From assembly GCA_051306295.1 (NCBI GenBank), contig JBPPMZ010000054.1, positions 8,350-72,349 on the forward strand: a DNA stretch of 64,000 nt, written 5' to 3'. The DNA is from Candidatus Limnocylindrales bacterium (GTDB taxonomy: Bacteria > Chloroflexota > Limnocylindria > Limnocylindrales > CSP1-4). Both the position numbers and the translations under genes were made by a program. Below, piece by piece: positions 54,438 through 63,220 of this stretch. The notes beneath the pieces were generated by a model, which made no database searches, was not told where the DNA came from, and saw nothing but the letters and a program-made list of their open reading frames with translations. Each line of letters starts with the position of its first letter. The first letter of the stretch is position 1.

Positions 54438-54580
54438 CCGTGACTCCCACGCACGGAAATCGGCCCAAGACCCTCGTGGAGGCGATCCTGTTACCGGATC
54501 CGTGACTCCCACGCACGGTTGCCTCGCGATGAGCGTCCTGGACCGGCCCATGGCCTCAAATCCGTGATTCCCACGCACGG
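54438..54580 (-). repeat. array B: three copies of the same 19-bp motif, inverted relative to array A, at 62-bp phasing
   Basis: Plus-strand CCGTGA(C/T)TCCCACGCACGG at 54438-54456, 54500-54518, 54562-54580. The 43-bp spacers are unrelated. Confidence 0.8.
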
Positions 54581-54612
54581 TTGGGGCCGACCGCCGCCCC
54601 GGGGCCGAAGCG

Positions 54613-56016
54613 TCAGGCGCGTTCGGTGGTCGAGGGCGCGGCGATCGGTGCCGGCCGGCCGGCGACCGCCGGGTCGGTCGAGGTCATGCGGCTCGCCACC
54701 TGGCCGATGAGCGGGATCGGTCGGGGCTGGATCGTCCGACCGGGGTCGGCGACGCCTTCGACGTGATGGGTCTTGACGAAAGCGTCGACCACGACCGGGT
54801 CGAACTGGATGCCCGCGAACTTGCGCAGCTCGCCGAGCGCTTGCTCGTGCGTGAGCGGCGTCATGCGGTACGGGCGGGCGGCTGTCATGGCCTCGAACGC
54901 GTCCGCCACGTGGAGGATCCGGGCGAGCTTCGGGATCTCGTCACCGATGAGCCGGTCCGGGTAGCCCGAGCCGTTGTACCACTCGTGGTGGTGCCGGATG
55001 ATCGGCAGCTCCGGGGCAAGTTTGGTGACGGGGGCGATGATCTGCGCGCCCAGGACCGGGTGCGCGTTCATGATCATCCGCTCCTCCCGGTTGAGACGCT
55101 CTTGCTTCAGGAGGACGTTGTCCGGGACACCGATCTTACCGACGTCGTGCAGCAGGCCGCCCCACTCCAGCGCCTCGAGCTCCGCGTCATTGACCCGCAT
55201 CACCCGCCCGATATCGACCGCGATGTTCTTGACTCGCTGGCTGTGCAACGCCGTGAACGGATCCCGCTTGTCCACCGCCTCCGCCAGCGCCCCGATCGTC
55301 TGCGTGAACATATCCCGCATCTCGACGAAGCGGCTCGAAGCCATTCGAGTGGTGTACAACGGGAGAGCGAAGAGCAGAGTGCTCCACCAGGAAACGGAAT
55401 AGATCACTGAGGTAAGCCAACCCAGCGGCGCCAAGGCTAGATTGTTGACGGCTGTGCCACGTAGGTCGCCGAACACGATCGTTCTCAGCGTGTGGCCAGT
55501 CCGCAGGGCAAGTAGAAGAGCAGCCAACCCGATGTTAAGGGCGTAGAACGCGGCGGATGCAACCATTGCTGCGGCAAAGTCGCGTAGACGGTCGTCCGAG
55601 TCGCCTGTCAGGACAACGTGGACAACTCCTGCCGCGACCGCTGGAATCACGAGTGATGCGTGATTTGCCAGCGTGCCGTACCAGGGAATGCGACCCCGCA
55701 GCTCCCGCGATTCGGTTACACCTATGGCGGCGACCCATGCCCCGACGGCCGGCCCCCCGAGAAATGTGGCCGCGAGGATCGGCGCGCTGGCGACCGCCTG
55801 CTGGGAGCCAAGTGGCATTCGGACCGGGAGTGCCGACGCCACCAGGGTCAAGAGAATCCAGAAGCCCACGCCAAACGCGACAGCTAAGTCGCTTGAGAGA
55901 CCTGCCAGCGGGAGGGCAATTTGCCCCGTGGAAGGAAAGAGAAGAGTCGCAGCCACCAGTGCTAATGCACCTGCAGCCACGACTCCAATCACGTAGATCT
56001 TCAGAGCTTTAGGCAT
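54613..56016 (-). CDS. membrane-anchored HD-GYP domain protein (putative c-di-GMP phosphodiesterase)
   Basis: About 7 N-terminal TM helices, then HSQRVKNIA...LHDVGKIGVPD...HHEWYNGSGYPDRL. Confidence 0.85.
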   Translation of the reverse strand: MPKALKIYVIGVVAAGALALVAATLLFPSTGQIALPLAGLSSDLAVAFGVGFWILLTLVASALPVRMPLGSQQAVASAPILAATFLGGPAVGAWVAAIGVTESRELRGRIPWYGTLANHASLVIPAVAAGVVHVVLTGDSDDRLRDFAAAMVASAAFYALNIGLAALLLALRTGHTLRTIVFGDLRGTAVNNLALAPLGWLTSVIYSVSWWSTLLFALPLYTTRMASSRFVEMRDMFTQTIGALAEAVDKRDPFTALHSQRVKNIAVDIGRVMRVNDAELEALEWGGLLHDVGKIGVPDNVLLKQERLNREERMIMNAHPVLGAQIIAPVTKLAPELPIIRHHHEWYNGSGYPDRLIGDEIPKLARILHVADAFEAMTAARPYRMTPLTHEQALGELRKFAGIQFDPVVVDAFVKTHHVEGVADPGRTIQPRPIPLIGQVASRMTSTDPAVAGRPAPIAAPSTTERA

Positions 56017-56260
56017 TGTTGCCCCGTGCGAACCGCCCCATCAGCGTGAATCTAGTTGGAGACTCACTGCATAGTAATGGGCAATCCGTACTAGAAGCCC
56101 CTCAGAGACGCTCCCCCAGCTAGTGCGATCATTGCAACGCTCGACAGCGTCACAATGATTCGCGTGATTCGGGCCTTCATGGTGATCTACCAGCCCTTGA
56201 GAGACGTTTCCGGTGCCACGCTCGTACCTCCTTGCGGCCCTCGCACTCCTGGGGGAGCAC

Positions 56261-56292
56261 GAAAACCGACCTGACTCATGGTCGGTCGGTTG
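56261..56292 (-). terminator. hairpin followed by U-run on the minus strand
   Basis: Minus strand AACCGACC-N-GGTCGGTT then TTTC. Lies about 155 nt downstream of the stop of the 56448..59888 gene. Confidence 0.35.
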
Positions 56293-56447
56293 CACTACTC
56301 GCTCCGCCTCACCCTAAGTGCCCATTTCAGGTGAGACATCGGCGCGTCCGAGCGTCTTGACGTTACTTCCTAGTACTGGGGTACTAGTCAGTGGGGTGAC
56401 TTTAGGGACGCTGGAGTAGCACGGTCAATACGGCACCTTACCTATCC

Positions 56448-59400
56448 CTATATCGCGTCCAAGGGGGGCACCTCGAGTCCAAGGTCGTCCCTCATGGCCG
56501 ACGCGTAGTGCGCGTACTGCTCCGCAGCTGCCGCGTGGGCGCCAGTAGCCTTGTACAACCGAAGTAGCGAAACCTCGATCTGCTCAGCTGTCGGGTCGAC
56601 TTCGAGGGCACGACGCGCGACGCTGATCCCACGGTCGTGGTGTCCTGTTGCAAAGTCGTCAACGACCGCTCGCTCGACGATTTCTAGATACGCCGCGTGG
56701 AGATTGTCGCGATACGAGCCCGCCCACTCTTCATACTCGAAGTCCAAGGCAAACCGTGCCAAGTAGAGTCCGACAAGGCGCTCCACTTCGTCTGGCGACG
56801 GCCGCGCTGGCAACGAGCGAATGAAGTCCTTTGCGGCCCTACTTCTACACGCGATGAGCTCCGGATCGAGCCACACAACATCTGAGTCGTGGTGCACATA
56901 GCCAGGAGACAGGTCCTCCGAGTAGTCGGGTTCAAAGACCCTACGTAGAAAGTAGATCGTCTGATTCAGCGAATTGATGGCCACATCCGGCGCGAGGTCC
57001 GGCCATAACGCCTCGAGCACTTGATCGCGTGTACTCGACATGCCAGGCCGCGTCACTAGGTAGCAAACGAGTGCCAAGACTTTTCGACGGATCTCGCTCC
57101 CGGGCACGACCCGCTGTCCGATCAGGAGGGACACGCGCCCCTGATCTTCGATGACGACGCGGTCGGCGACTCGTCGCGCGAGACTCCTTCCGAGGTGAGC
57201 GAGGTCAGGTCGCCGCTTGGACTGTCTTGCAATCGCGCGAAGTCGGCGAACATCGCTCCGGTCACCCACCTCTTCGAGAAGCTTTGCCGCCTGAAGCTGA
57301 TGACCATTCTGGGATATCTCAACGGCATCGCGGAGCGCCAAGCGCCATCGTGATGGAAATGCGACTGCCGACTGTCGTACGACCTCGAGTGACAATTCGT
57401 CGAGTTCGGCTAGTCGCGTTGCCACCAACTCGGCTACATACGCGAGGCTATGTGGCGCTTCCCGCCCGTTGGCGGAGACTCCGCGACTCCAGGCGTCCGG
57501 AGTTCCCGTCCGCGCAACAAGGAGGGAGGCGACTCGTCGCAAGCGCTGTGCCCCTTGGGACTGACACGCCGCCTCGGCCTCGAGTGCGAGATCGGAGCCC
57601 CCGTCCAGGCCGGCTGCGACTGCAAGATAGGCACGGCAAATCAAGAGTTGGGAACTGAATGCGACTGCGGTTGGACGACCGCTCGGCATCGCCTCTAATG
57701 CAGACCGAGCGTTGCCGAATTCGCGTCGTCGTATGAACCATCTTGCCATGACAAGGCACAGAGATCGACGGTCAGCGACGGAAATTGACTCTCGCTGTCG
57801 CGCCTGAGCGATAAGCGACCACGACCGACTCGGGTCTAGGAAAGTGTCGAAGAGGTCCGCAGACTCAATGCTCGATTCCGTCAGGTCGTGCCCGGCCGTC
57901 TCGTCGAGCAGTCCTTCGACAATGTTCGTCGCGTCGTCCAGCCGGCCCATGGTCGCAAGCACAGAAGCCTTGACCATCCGAGCCGCTCGCAACTCCATGA
58001 CGGCCGAACCGGCCTCCAGCGCATCAATGGCCGCTTGGATATCCACAAGGCTCCTTCCGACCTCGTTCTGAAGGAGTCTCGTGACCGCCAGGTTGTGTTG
58101 GGTAATTGCGAAGAAGTGGGGCCGTGCCGCCCCCTGCGCTTTGGCCATTCCCTGGAGGCGTCGACTTAGCTTATCGAGACTCGCGCCCTCGCCGGTCAGG
58201 ATCATCTCAACTGTGGCATCCGCGATAGACCGCAATCCCGAGTCGCCGGACGATCGAAGTGCTGTCGCGTGTTCGACTGTGGCTTCCCCATTTCCCGAGT
58301 TGTAGTTCAGCGTGATCAGGTTCAGGAGGGCGTAGTCGCGTTCGATGTCGTTCGTGGCCGAGTCGAGGACGGCCTGTGAGGCGGCCATCGCGGCTTCGTA
58401 GTCGCCTTGCTGCATCTCGACGCGTGAGGTGATCAGGCCGAAGCCGGTCGGGCGCTCGTCCGGTGGAACCGGGTCGATGAACGCCTCGGCCAGGGCGTAC
58501 TGCCCGTTACCCATGATCTCGGGGATCGCCCGGCTGACCGCTGCGAGCATCTGTTCGGTGTCGCCGGCCTCGCGGTAGTGGTGGGCCGCGATCCTCCAAT
58601 CCGAGGTCGCGGCGGCTGTGCGTCGATGTAGCGCGTTGACCGCGTCGTCACCGTCCAGCGACCGGAACCGTGCCTCCAGGAACTCGCGCACCAGCGGGTG
58701 GTAGCGCTGATGCGTCCGCGGCGCCCCCGACAGCCGACTCAGCAGGGTCACTCGTTCCGCCGCGACGACGAGCCGCGCCACATCGACGGCATCGTGCCCG
58801 CTCACGACCTCGGCCAGGTCCGGCGTCACGACCTGCAGGATGGACGTGTCCATCAGGAACCGCTGCAGTTCCAGCGACAGCTCGCCGACCACCTCCTCCG
58901 CGAGGTAGTCGTACATCTCCTTGTCGGCCCCGTTCAGCGTCTTGACGAAGCGCCGGATCTCGCCGGGTGAGCGATCCCGCAGCGCCGCCTGGACCAGGTG
59001 CAGGGACGCGATCCAGCCCTCGGTCCGTTCCGCGAGGTCCACCAGCACGTCGGGGTCCAGGTTCCGGCCGTACGTCTCGTTGAACAGCTTCGCGGTCTCG
59101 TCGACATCGAACCGCAGGTCGTCGGTCGTGAGTTCGGCCACCTCGCCGACCGCGCGCAGACGCGACAGGGGGACGGTCGGCGGACGTCGACTGGCGAACA
59201 CGATGCTGAGCCGCTCCGGGGCGCGTGCGATCAGCTCGCGCGCGATGTGCCGGACGTCCGCGGCGTCGTCGACCAGGTGGAAGTCGTCGAGGATCAGGAC
59301 CGCGCCACCGACGGCGATCGATGGCAGCTCGCGAAGGAACGTCTCGAGCACGGACTCCCGGGTCGGCCCACCGACGCCGATCTCCCCGAGGAGTGAGGCC

Positions 59401-59888
59401 GTGGTCGGGGCGAATGTCGGGTCGTGCTCTCGGCCGGCCGCCACGAGGTGCGCGATGAACGACGTCCAGTCGCGATCCGTCTCGTCCAGCCGATACCACA
59501 ACGTCGGGATCCGGCTGCGCCGTGAGAAGTCGGCGAGCAGGGTGGTCTTGCCGTAGCCGGCGTCGGCCAGCAGCAGAACGACGCGGTTGTGCACCTTGAC
59601 GCGCAGCCAGTCGAGCAGGCGCGGGCGCTCCAGCGTCTCGACCCGGAGGGCGGGGCGCTGCACCTTCGCGATGGTGATGGGGTACCCGCTGGACTCGTCG
59701 CGCAGGAGTCCGCTCCTTGGCCCGTTGACGACCGACGGTCGGCCCGGACCGACGGGGATCGGCGTCCGTTCCAGGACGGTGGACCACGACTCGGGCCGGG
59801 CGAATGATGCGGACCGCGAGAACGGGGTGTCAACGACGAGATGTGGGCCGCGCTGCATGGGCATGCGCGCCATGGTGCCGACGGGCAC
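56448..59888 (-). CDS. MalT-like STAND NTPase with TPR-like middle region and C-terminal OmpR-type wHTH + BTAD (SARP) module
   Basis: Walker A LLLADAGYGKTTLLADF, Walker B VLILDDFHLV, MalT-like ERTEGWIASLHL. The C-terminus (RKVLALVCYLVTRPGMSSTRDQVLEALWPD...NQTIYFLRRV, plus a BTAD ending LRLYKATGAHAAAAEQYAHY) is SARP-type. Confidence 0.8.
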   Translation of the reverse strand: MPVGTMARMPMQRGPHLVVDTPFSRSASFARPESWSTVLERTPIPVGPGRPSVVNGPRSGLLRDESSGYPITIAKVQRPALRVETLERPRLLDWLRVKVHNRVVLLLADAGYGKTTLLADFSRRSRIPTLWYRLDETDRDWTSFIAHLVAAGREHDPTFAPTTASLLGEIGVGGPTRESVLETFLRELPSIAVGGAVLILDDFHLVDDAADVRHIARELIARAPERLSIVFASRRPPTVPLSRLRAVGEVAELTTDDLRFDVDETAKLFNETYGRNLDPDVLVDLAERTEGWIASLHLVQAALRDRSPGEIRRFVKTLNGADKEMYDYLAEEVVGELSLELQRFLMDTSILQVVTPDLAEVVSGHDAVDVARLVVAAERVTLLSRLSGAPRTHQRYHPLVREFLEARFRSLDGDDAVNALHRRTAAATSDWRIAAHHYREAGDTEQMLAAVSRAIPEIMGNGQYALAEAFIDPVPPDERPTGFGLITSRVEMQQGDYEAAMAASQAVLDSATNDIERDYALLNLITLNYNSGNGEATVEHATALRSSGDSGLRSIADATVEMILTGEGASLDKLSRRLQGMAKAQGAARPHFFAITQHNLAVTRLLQNEVGRSLVDIQAAIDALEAGSAVMELRAARMVKASVLATMGRLDDATNIVEGLLDETAGHDLTESSIESADLFDTFLDPSRSWSLIAQARQRESISVADRRSLCLVMARWFIRRREFGNARSALEAMPSGRPTAVAFSSQLLICRAYLAVAAGLDGGSDLALEAEAACQSQGAQRLRRVASLLVARTGTPDAWSRGVSANGREAPHSLAYVAELVATRLAELDELSLEVVRQSAVAFPSRWRLALRDAVEISQNGHQLQAAKLLEEVGDRSDVRRLRAIARQSKRRPDLAHLGRSLARRVADRVVIEDQGRVSLLIGQRVVPGSEIRRKVLALVCYLVTRPGMSSTRDQVLEALWPDLAPDVAINSLNQTIYFLRRVFEPDYSEDLSPGYVHHDSDVVWLDPELIACRSRAAKDFIRSLPARPSPDEVERLVGLYLARFALDFEYEEWAGSYRDNLHAAYLEIVERAVVDDFATGHHDRGISVARRALEVDPTAEQIEVSLLRLYKATGAHAAAAEQYAHYASAMRDDLGLEVPPLDAI

Positions 59889-59934
59889 TCATCCCGCGAT
59901 TAGCTGCGACGTCGCCGCCACTTGGGCGGCTCGA

Positions 59935-60138
59935 TCAGCCCTCGTATTCGAAGCCGATCTTGATCTCGACGCGGTACTCGACGATCTCCCCGTCGGTCAC
60001 GACGGCCGTCGACTTCACGACCTCGACCGTCTGGATGTTGCGCACGGTCTTGGACGCGGTCGCGACGGCCTGGCGCGCGGCGTCGCTCCACGAGCGCGGG
60101 CTGGTCCCGACCATCTCGCGGATGATGTAGACGCCCAC
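59935..60138 (-). CDS. dodecin family flavin-binding protein
   Basis: MGVYIIREMVGTSPRSWSDAARQAVATASKTVRNIQTVEVV...EYRVEIKIGFEYEG; 67 aa, typical dodecin length and pattern. Confidence 0.85.
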   Translation of the reverse strand: MGVYIIREMVGTSPRSWSDAARQAVATASKTVRNIQTVEVVKSTAVVTDGEIVEYRVEIKIGFEYEG

Positions 60139-60200
60139 GGTGCACCTCCTGGATCACATCGATGGCTGGGCGGCCATGATGCCACGAGGCGAGACTTGGG

Positions 60201-60527
60201 TCAGGCGTGCGCGGGCTGCGCTCCCAGCGTGCCGGCGCGCACCTTGTCGAAGCACGAACTGCAGTAGACGGGCCGATCGCTGCGCGGAGCGAACGGGACG
60301 ACGGCCTGGCCGCCGCAGGCTCCGCACACCGCGGCGTGGAACTCGCGAGGGCTCTCGCCCGACCGTGCCCGCTTGGCTGCCGCTCGACACCCTGGGCAGC
60401 GCTGCGGATCGTTGGTCAGACTCTTGCTCGAGTAGAAGGCCTGTTCGCCGGCGGAAAAGGTGAACTCCTCCGCGCAATCGCGACAGACCAGCATGCGGTC
60501 CTGGTACACCCTCTCCAGACCCTCCAA
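60201..60527 (-). CDS. zinc-ribbon domain protein (zf-trcl-like, duplicated CxxC pairs)
   Basis: CRDCAEEFTFSAGEQAFYSSKSLTNDPQRCPGCR, then CGACGG...YCSSCF. Confidence 0.7.
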   Translation of the reverse strand: MEGLERVYQDRMLVCRDCAEEFTFSAGEQAFYSSKSLTNDPQRCPGCRAAAKRARSGESPREFHAAVCGACGGQAVVPFAPRSDRPVYCSSCFDKVRAGTLGAQPAHA

Positions 60528-60800
60528 CTTGGCTCGGACGCCGTGACGGGCGAGTCCGGAGAAGGGCAGCGCGAGCCGTAGGGCCGAGCACGCTGGAACA
60601 GGGCGCGCCCGGTGCGGCCCGGGCCTGGCCCGGACTCATAGCGGAGAAGATACGCGTGGCGTCAAGAGGGTTTTCGCACGGTTCCCGCAGCGTGCGGGCC
60701 GTTCGACGTGCGAACCTCGCACCTGCGCGTCGGCTGGTGGGGCGTGCTGCGCCCCCGACCGCCCGCGGAACCGAGACCACGAGGTGTGCGTCCCGGGCCC

Positions 60801-61727
60801 ATGTCATACCCGTTTCGGCGACCCCAGCGGTCCTTGCTCCTGATCCCGGCCATGGCCATCGTCGTGGCCGCGTGTAGCGGCGGGGGCGCTTCCAGTCCCC
60901 CGACCGACGCCCCGGCGTCCGGGCCGAGTTCCGGCCCGAGCGACGTTCCGAGCAGCTCGCCGGTCGGTGACGTAGTCGATCACGCGACCGGCGCGACCGA
61001 CGTGATCCTGCGCTACGACCTGGGCCCAGGCTTCGTCATGGCGGGCTACGCAGCGACCATGGTCCCGCCCTTCACCCTGTACGGCGACGGGACCGTCATC
61101 TACCGGGATCCCGCTCTGGAGATCCCGCCGGCCCAGGGTTCGGTCTTCGTCATGAACCCGATGCGGATCGCGACACTGAGTGACGCGCAGATCCAGGAGC
61201 TCCTCGTCTTTGCGCTCGGCGAGGGAGGCCTCGCGGCCGCTCGACCGGACTATCGCAACGACATGGTCTCGGACGCCGGGACGGCCATCTTCACGATCCG
61301 CGCCGGTGGCATCGAGAAGACCGTCTCCATCTACGCGCTGGGCATCGACACCCAGGGCGGCGTTGACGCGCCGGCCCGCGCAGCATTCCTCAAGCTCGCC
61401 GATCGACTGACCACCCTTGACAAGGGCGGGGCGGTCGCGTCGGAGGTCTACGTGCCGACGACCTATCGGGCCGCGCTGCTCGAGGCGCCGGGCATCGCCG
61501 CCCCGGATATCCGGACGTGGCCATGGGACGACATCAAGATCGCCGACTTCAAGCCGTCGGCCGACCCGAACGGCCTCCAGTTCCCGCACCTCGACATGAC
61601 CGCAGCGCAGCTCGACCTCCTCGATGTCAAGGACTACGAGGGTGGCTACCAGGGCCTGGTCATCACCGGCCCCGACGGCCTGCTGTACACGCTCAACGTG
61701 CGGCCACTGCTCCTCGACGAGAGCTGA
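60801..61727 (+). CDS. hypothetical lipoprotein
   Basis: Internal Met 32 of ORF 60708..61727. Signal peptide with lipobox LLLIPAMAIVVAAC, followed by a Ser/Pro-rich linker. Confidence 0.6.
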   Translation: MSYPFRRPQRSLLLIPAMAIVVAACSGGGASSPPTDAPASGPSSGPSDVPSSSPVGDVVDHATGATDVILRYDLGPGFVMAGYAATMVPPFTLYGDGTVIYRDPALEIPPAQGSVFVMNPMRIATLSDAQIQELLVFALGEGGLAAARPDYRNDMVSDAGTAIFTIRAGGIEKTVSIYALGIDTQGGVDAPARAAFLKLADRLTTLDKGGAVASEVYVPTTYRAALLEAPGIAAPDIRTWPWDDIKIADFKPSADPNGLQFPHLDMTAAQLDLLDVKDYEGGYQGLVITGPDGLLYTLNVRPLLLDES

Positions 61728-61742
61728 TCGCGGAGGTCTCGG

Positions 61743-63164
61743 CTAGCTGCCGGCCTCGGCGAAGCGTTCGCCGGCGTAGCTCACGAACCGGGTCTGCGCC
61801 TTCTTGAACCAGAGCTGGACCTGCCCGGTCGGGCCATTGCGGTGCTTGGCGAGCTTCAGGTTGATGACCTCGCCGGACGTCTCCTGATCGTCCGCGCCGC
61901 GTTCCTGCTCACGCCACAGGAACATGACGAGGTCCGCGTCCTGTTCGATGGCGCCCGACTCGCGCAGGTCGGACAGGCGCGGCTCCTTCTCGTTGCGCAT
62001 CTCGGGCTGGCGTGACAGCTGGGAGAGCGCGATGACCGGGACGCGCAGCTCGCGGGCCAAGGCCTTGAGGCCGCGCGAGATCTCGCTGACCTCCTGGACG
62101 CGGTTGGCGTCGCGGTTCGTGGTCGTCGCCTGCATGAGCTGGAGGTAGTCGACCACGACGAGGTCCAGGCCCGCCTCCGCCTGGAGACGTCGCGCCTTGG
62201 TGCGCAGCTCCATCGCCGAGATGTTCGGTGTGTCGTCGATGAAGACGGGCGCCTCCGACAGCGAGTTCATGGCCGGGGCGATGCGCGCGAAGTCGAGCTC
62301 CTCGAGGAAGCCCGAGCGCAGGCGCTGCGAGTCGATGTTCGCGACGCTGGACAGCAGTCGAAGGACCAGCTGTTCCTTGCTCATCTCCAGGCTGAAGACG
62401 CCGACCGTCTTGCGCTCCTTGACCGCGGCGTGCTCGGCGATGTTGAGCGCGAAGCTCGTCTTGCCGACCGATGGGCGGGCCGCGACGATCACGAGGTCGC
62501 TGGGCTGGAGGCCGGTCGTGAGGGTGTCGAGGTCGGCGAAGCCGGTCCGCACGCCGCTGATCTCGCCGCGATGCGCGTGCAGGTAGTCGAGCCGGTCGTA
62601 GGCGTCGTGGAGGAGCGACTTGAGCGGGCTGAACCCGGCATCGACCCGCTTCTGGCTGACCGCGAACAGCTCCGACTCGGCGCGGTCGATCGCCTCCTGG
62701 ATCTCCGCCGGGTCCTCGTAGCCGATGCCGGCGATCCGCCCGGCGGCACCGATCAGGTTGCGGAGCACGGCCTTGCGCTCGACGATGCGGGCGTACTGGG
62801 CGGCATGGACCGCGGTCGGGGTCTCATTGGACAGGCTGGACAGGTAGGCGCGGCCGCCGATGGCTTCGAGTTCGTCGCGCCGCTCCAGGTTCTCCGCGAC
62901 GGTGACGATATCGATCGGCTCGCGGCGCTCGAACAGGTCGAGCATGGCCGCGTAGATGCGGCCGTTGGCCTGGCGGTAGAAGTCCTCTGGGCGCAGGAAC
63001 TCCGCGACCTCGACCACGGCGTCGCGGTCGATGAGGACGGCACCGAGCACGGACTGCTCGGCTTCAAGGCTCTGGGGCGGTAGTCGATCGATCACGGCGT
63101 GGCAGGACTCCGACGGATGCGTGGGGGCGTCATTGTCCGGTGGCGGTGGGGCCGGCCCGTCCAC
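61743..63164 (-). CDS. dnaB: replicative DNA helicase DnaB
   Basis: PPQSLEAEQSVLGAVLID N-terminus, Walker A VAARPSVGKTSFALNIA, DYLQLM, RELRVPVIALSQLSR. No intein. Confidence 0.95.
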   Translation of the reverse strand: MDGPAPPPPDNDAPTHPSESCHAVIDRLPPQSLEAEQSVLGAVLIDRDAVVEVAEFLRPEDFYRQANGRIYAAMLDLFERREPIDIVTVAENLERRDELEAIGGRAYLSSLSNETPTAVHAAQYARIVERKAVLRNLIGAAGRIAGIGYEDPAEIQEAIDRAESELFAVSQKRVDAGFSPLKSLLHDAYDRLDYLHAHRGEISGVRTGFADLDTLTTGLQPSDLVIVAARPSVGKTSFALNIAEHAAVKERKTVGVFSLEMSKEQLVLRLLSSVANIDSQRLRSGFLEELDFARIAPAMNSLSEAPVFIDDTPNISAMELRTKARRLQAEAGLDLVVVDYLQLMQATTTNRDANRVQEVSEISRGLKALARELRVPVIALSQLSRQPEMRNEKEPRLSDLRESGAIEQDADLVMFLWREQERGADDQETSGEVINLKLAKHRNGPTGQVQLWFKKAQTRFVSYAGERFAEAGS

Positions 63165-63220
63165 GAACTGGCAGGCCCATCAATGGCGCGTCCACCGTTT
63201 GCGTCCCGATGTGGGTCCCG

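Noticed and set aside
51240-54580. Calling the two 19-bp repeat arrays CRISPR arrays, given repeat plus unique spacer at a 61-62 bp period
   Set aside because: The conserved unit is only 19 bp with no extension on alignment of all six copies. Each array has only three copies, the arrays are inverted around ordinary genes, and no cas gene or leader is present in 64 kb. They are reported as unexplained repeats.
51240-54580. Annotating the array-flanked cassette as a mobile element
   Set aside because: There is no transposase or integrase in the window. I could find no target-site duplication next to the outermost copies (left flank tgagg, right flank ttggg). It is kept only as one hypothesis.
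56041-56295. 84-aa minus-strand ORF in the HD-GYP / STAND intergenic region
   Set aside because: It has no motif, RBS or compositional support and spans the terminator-like hairpin. Only the tiny ORFs are mentioned, as low-confidence observations.
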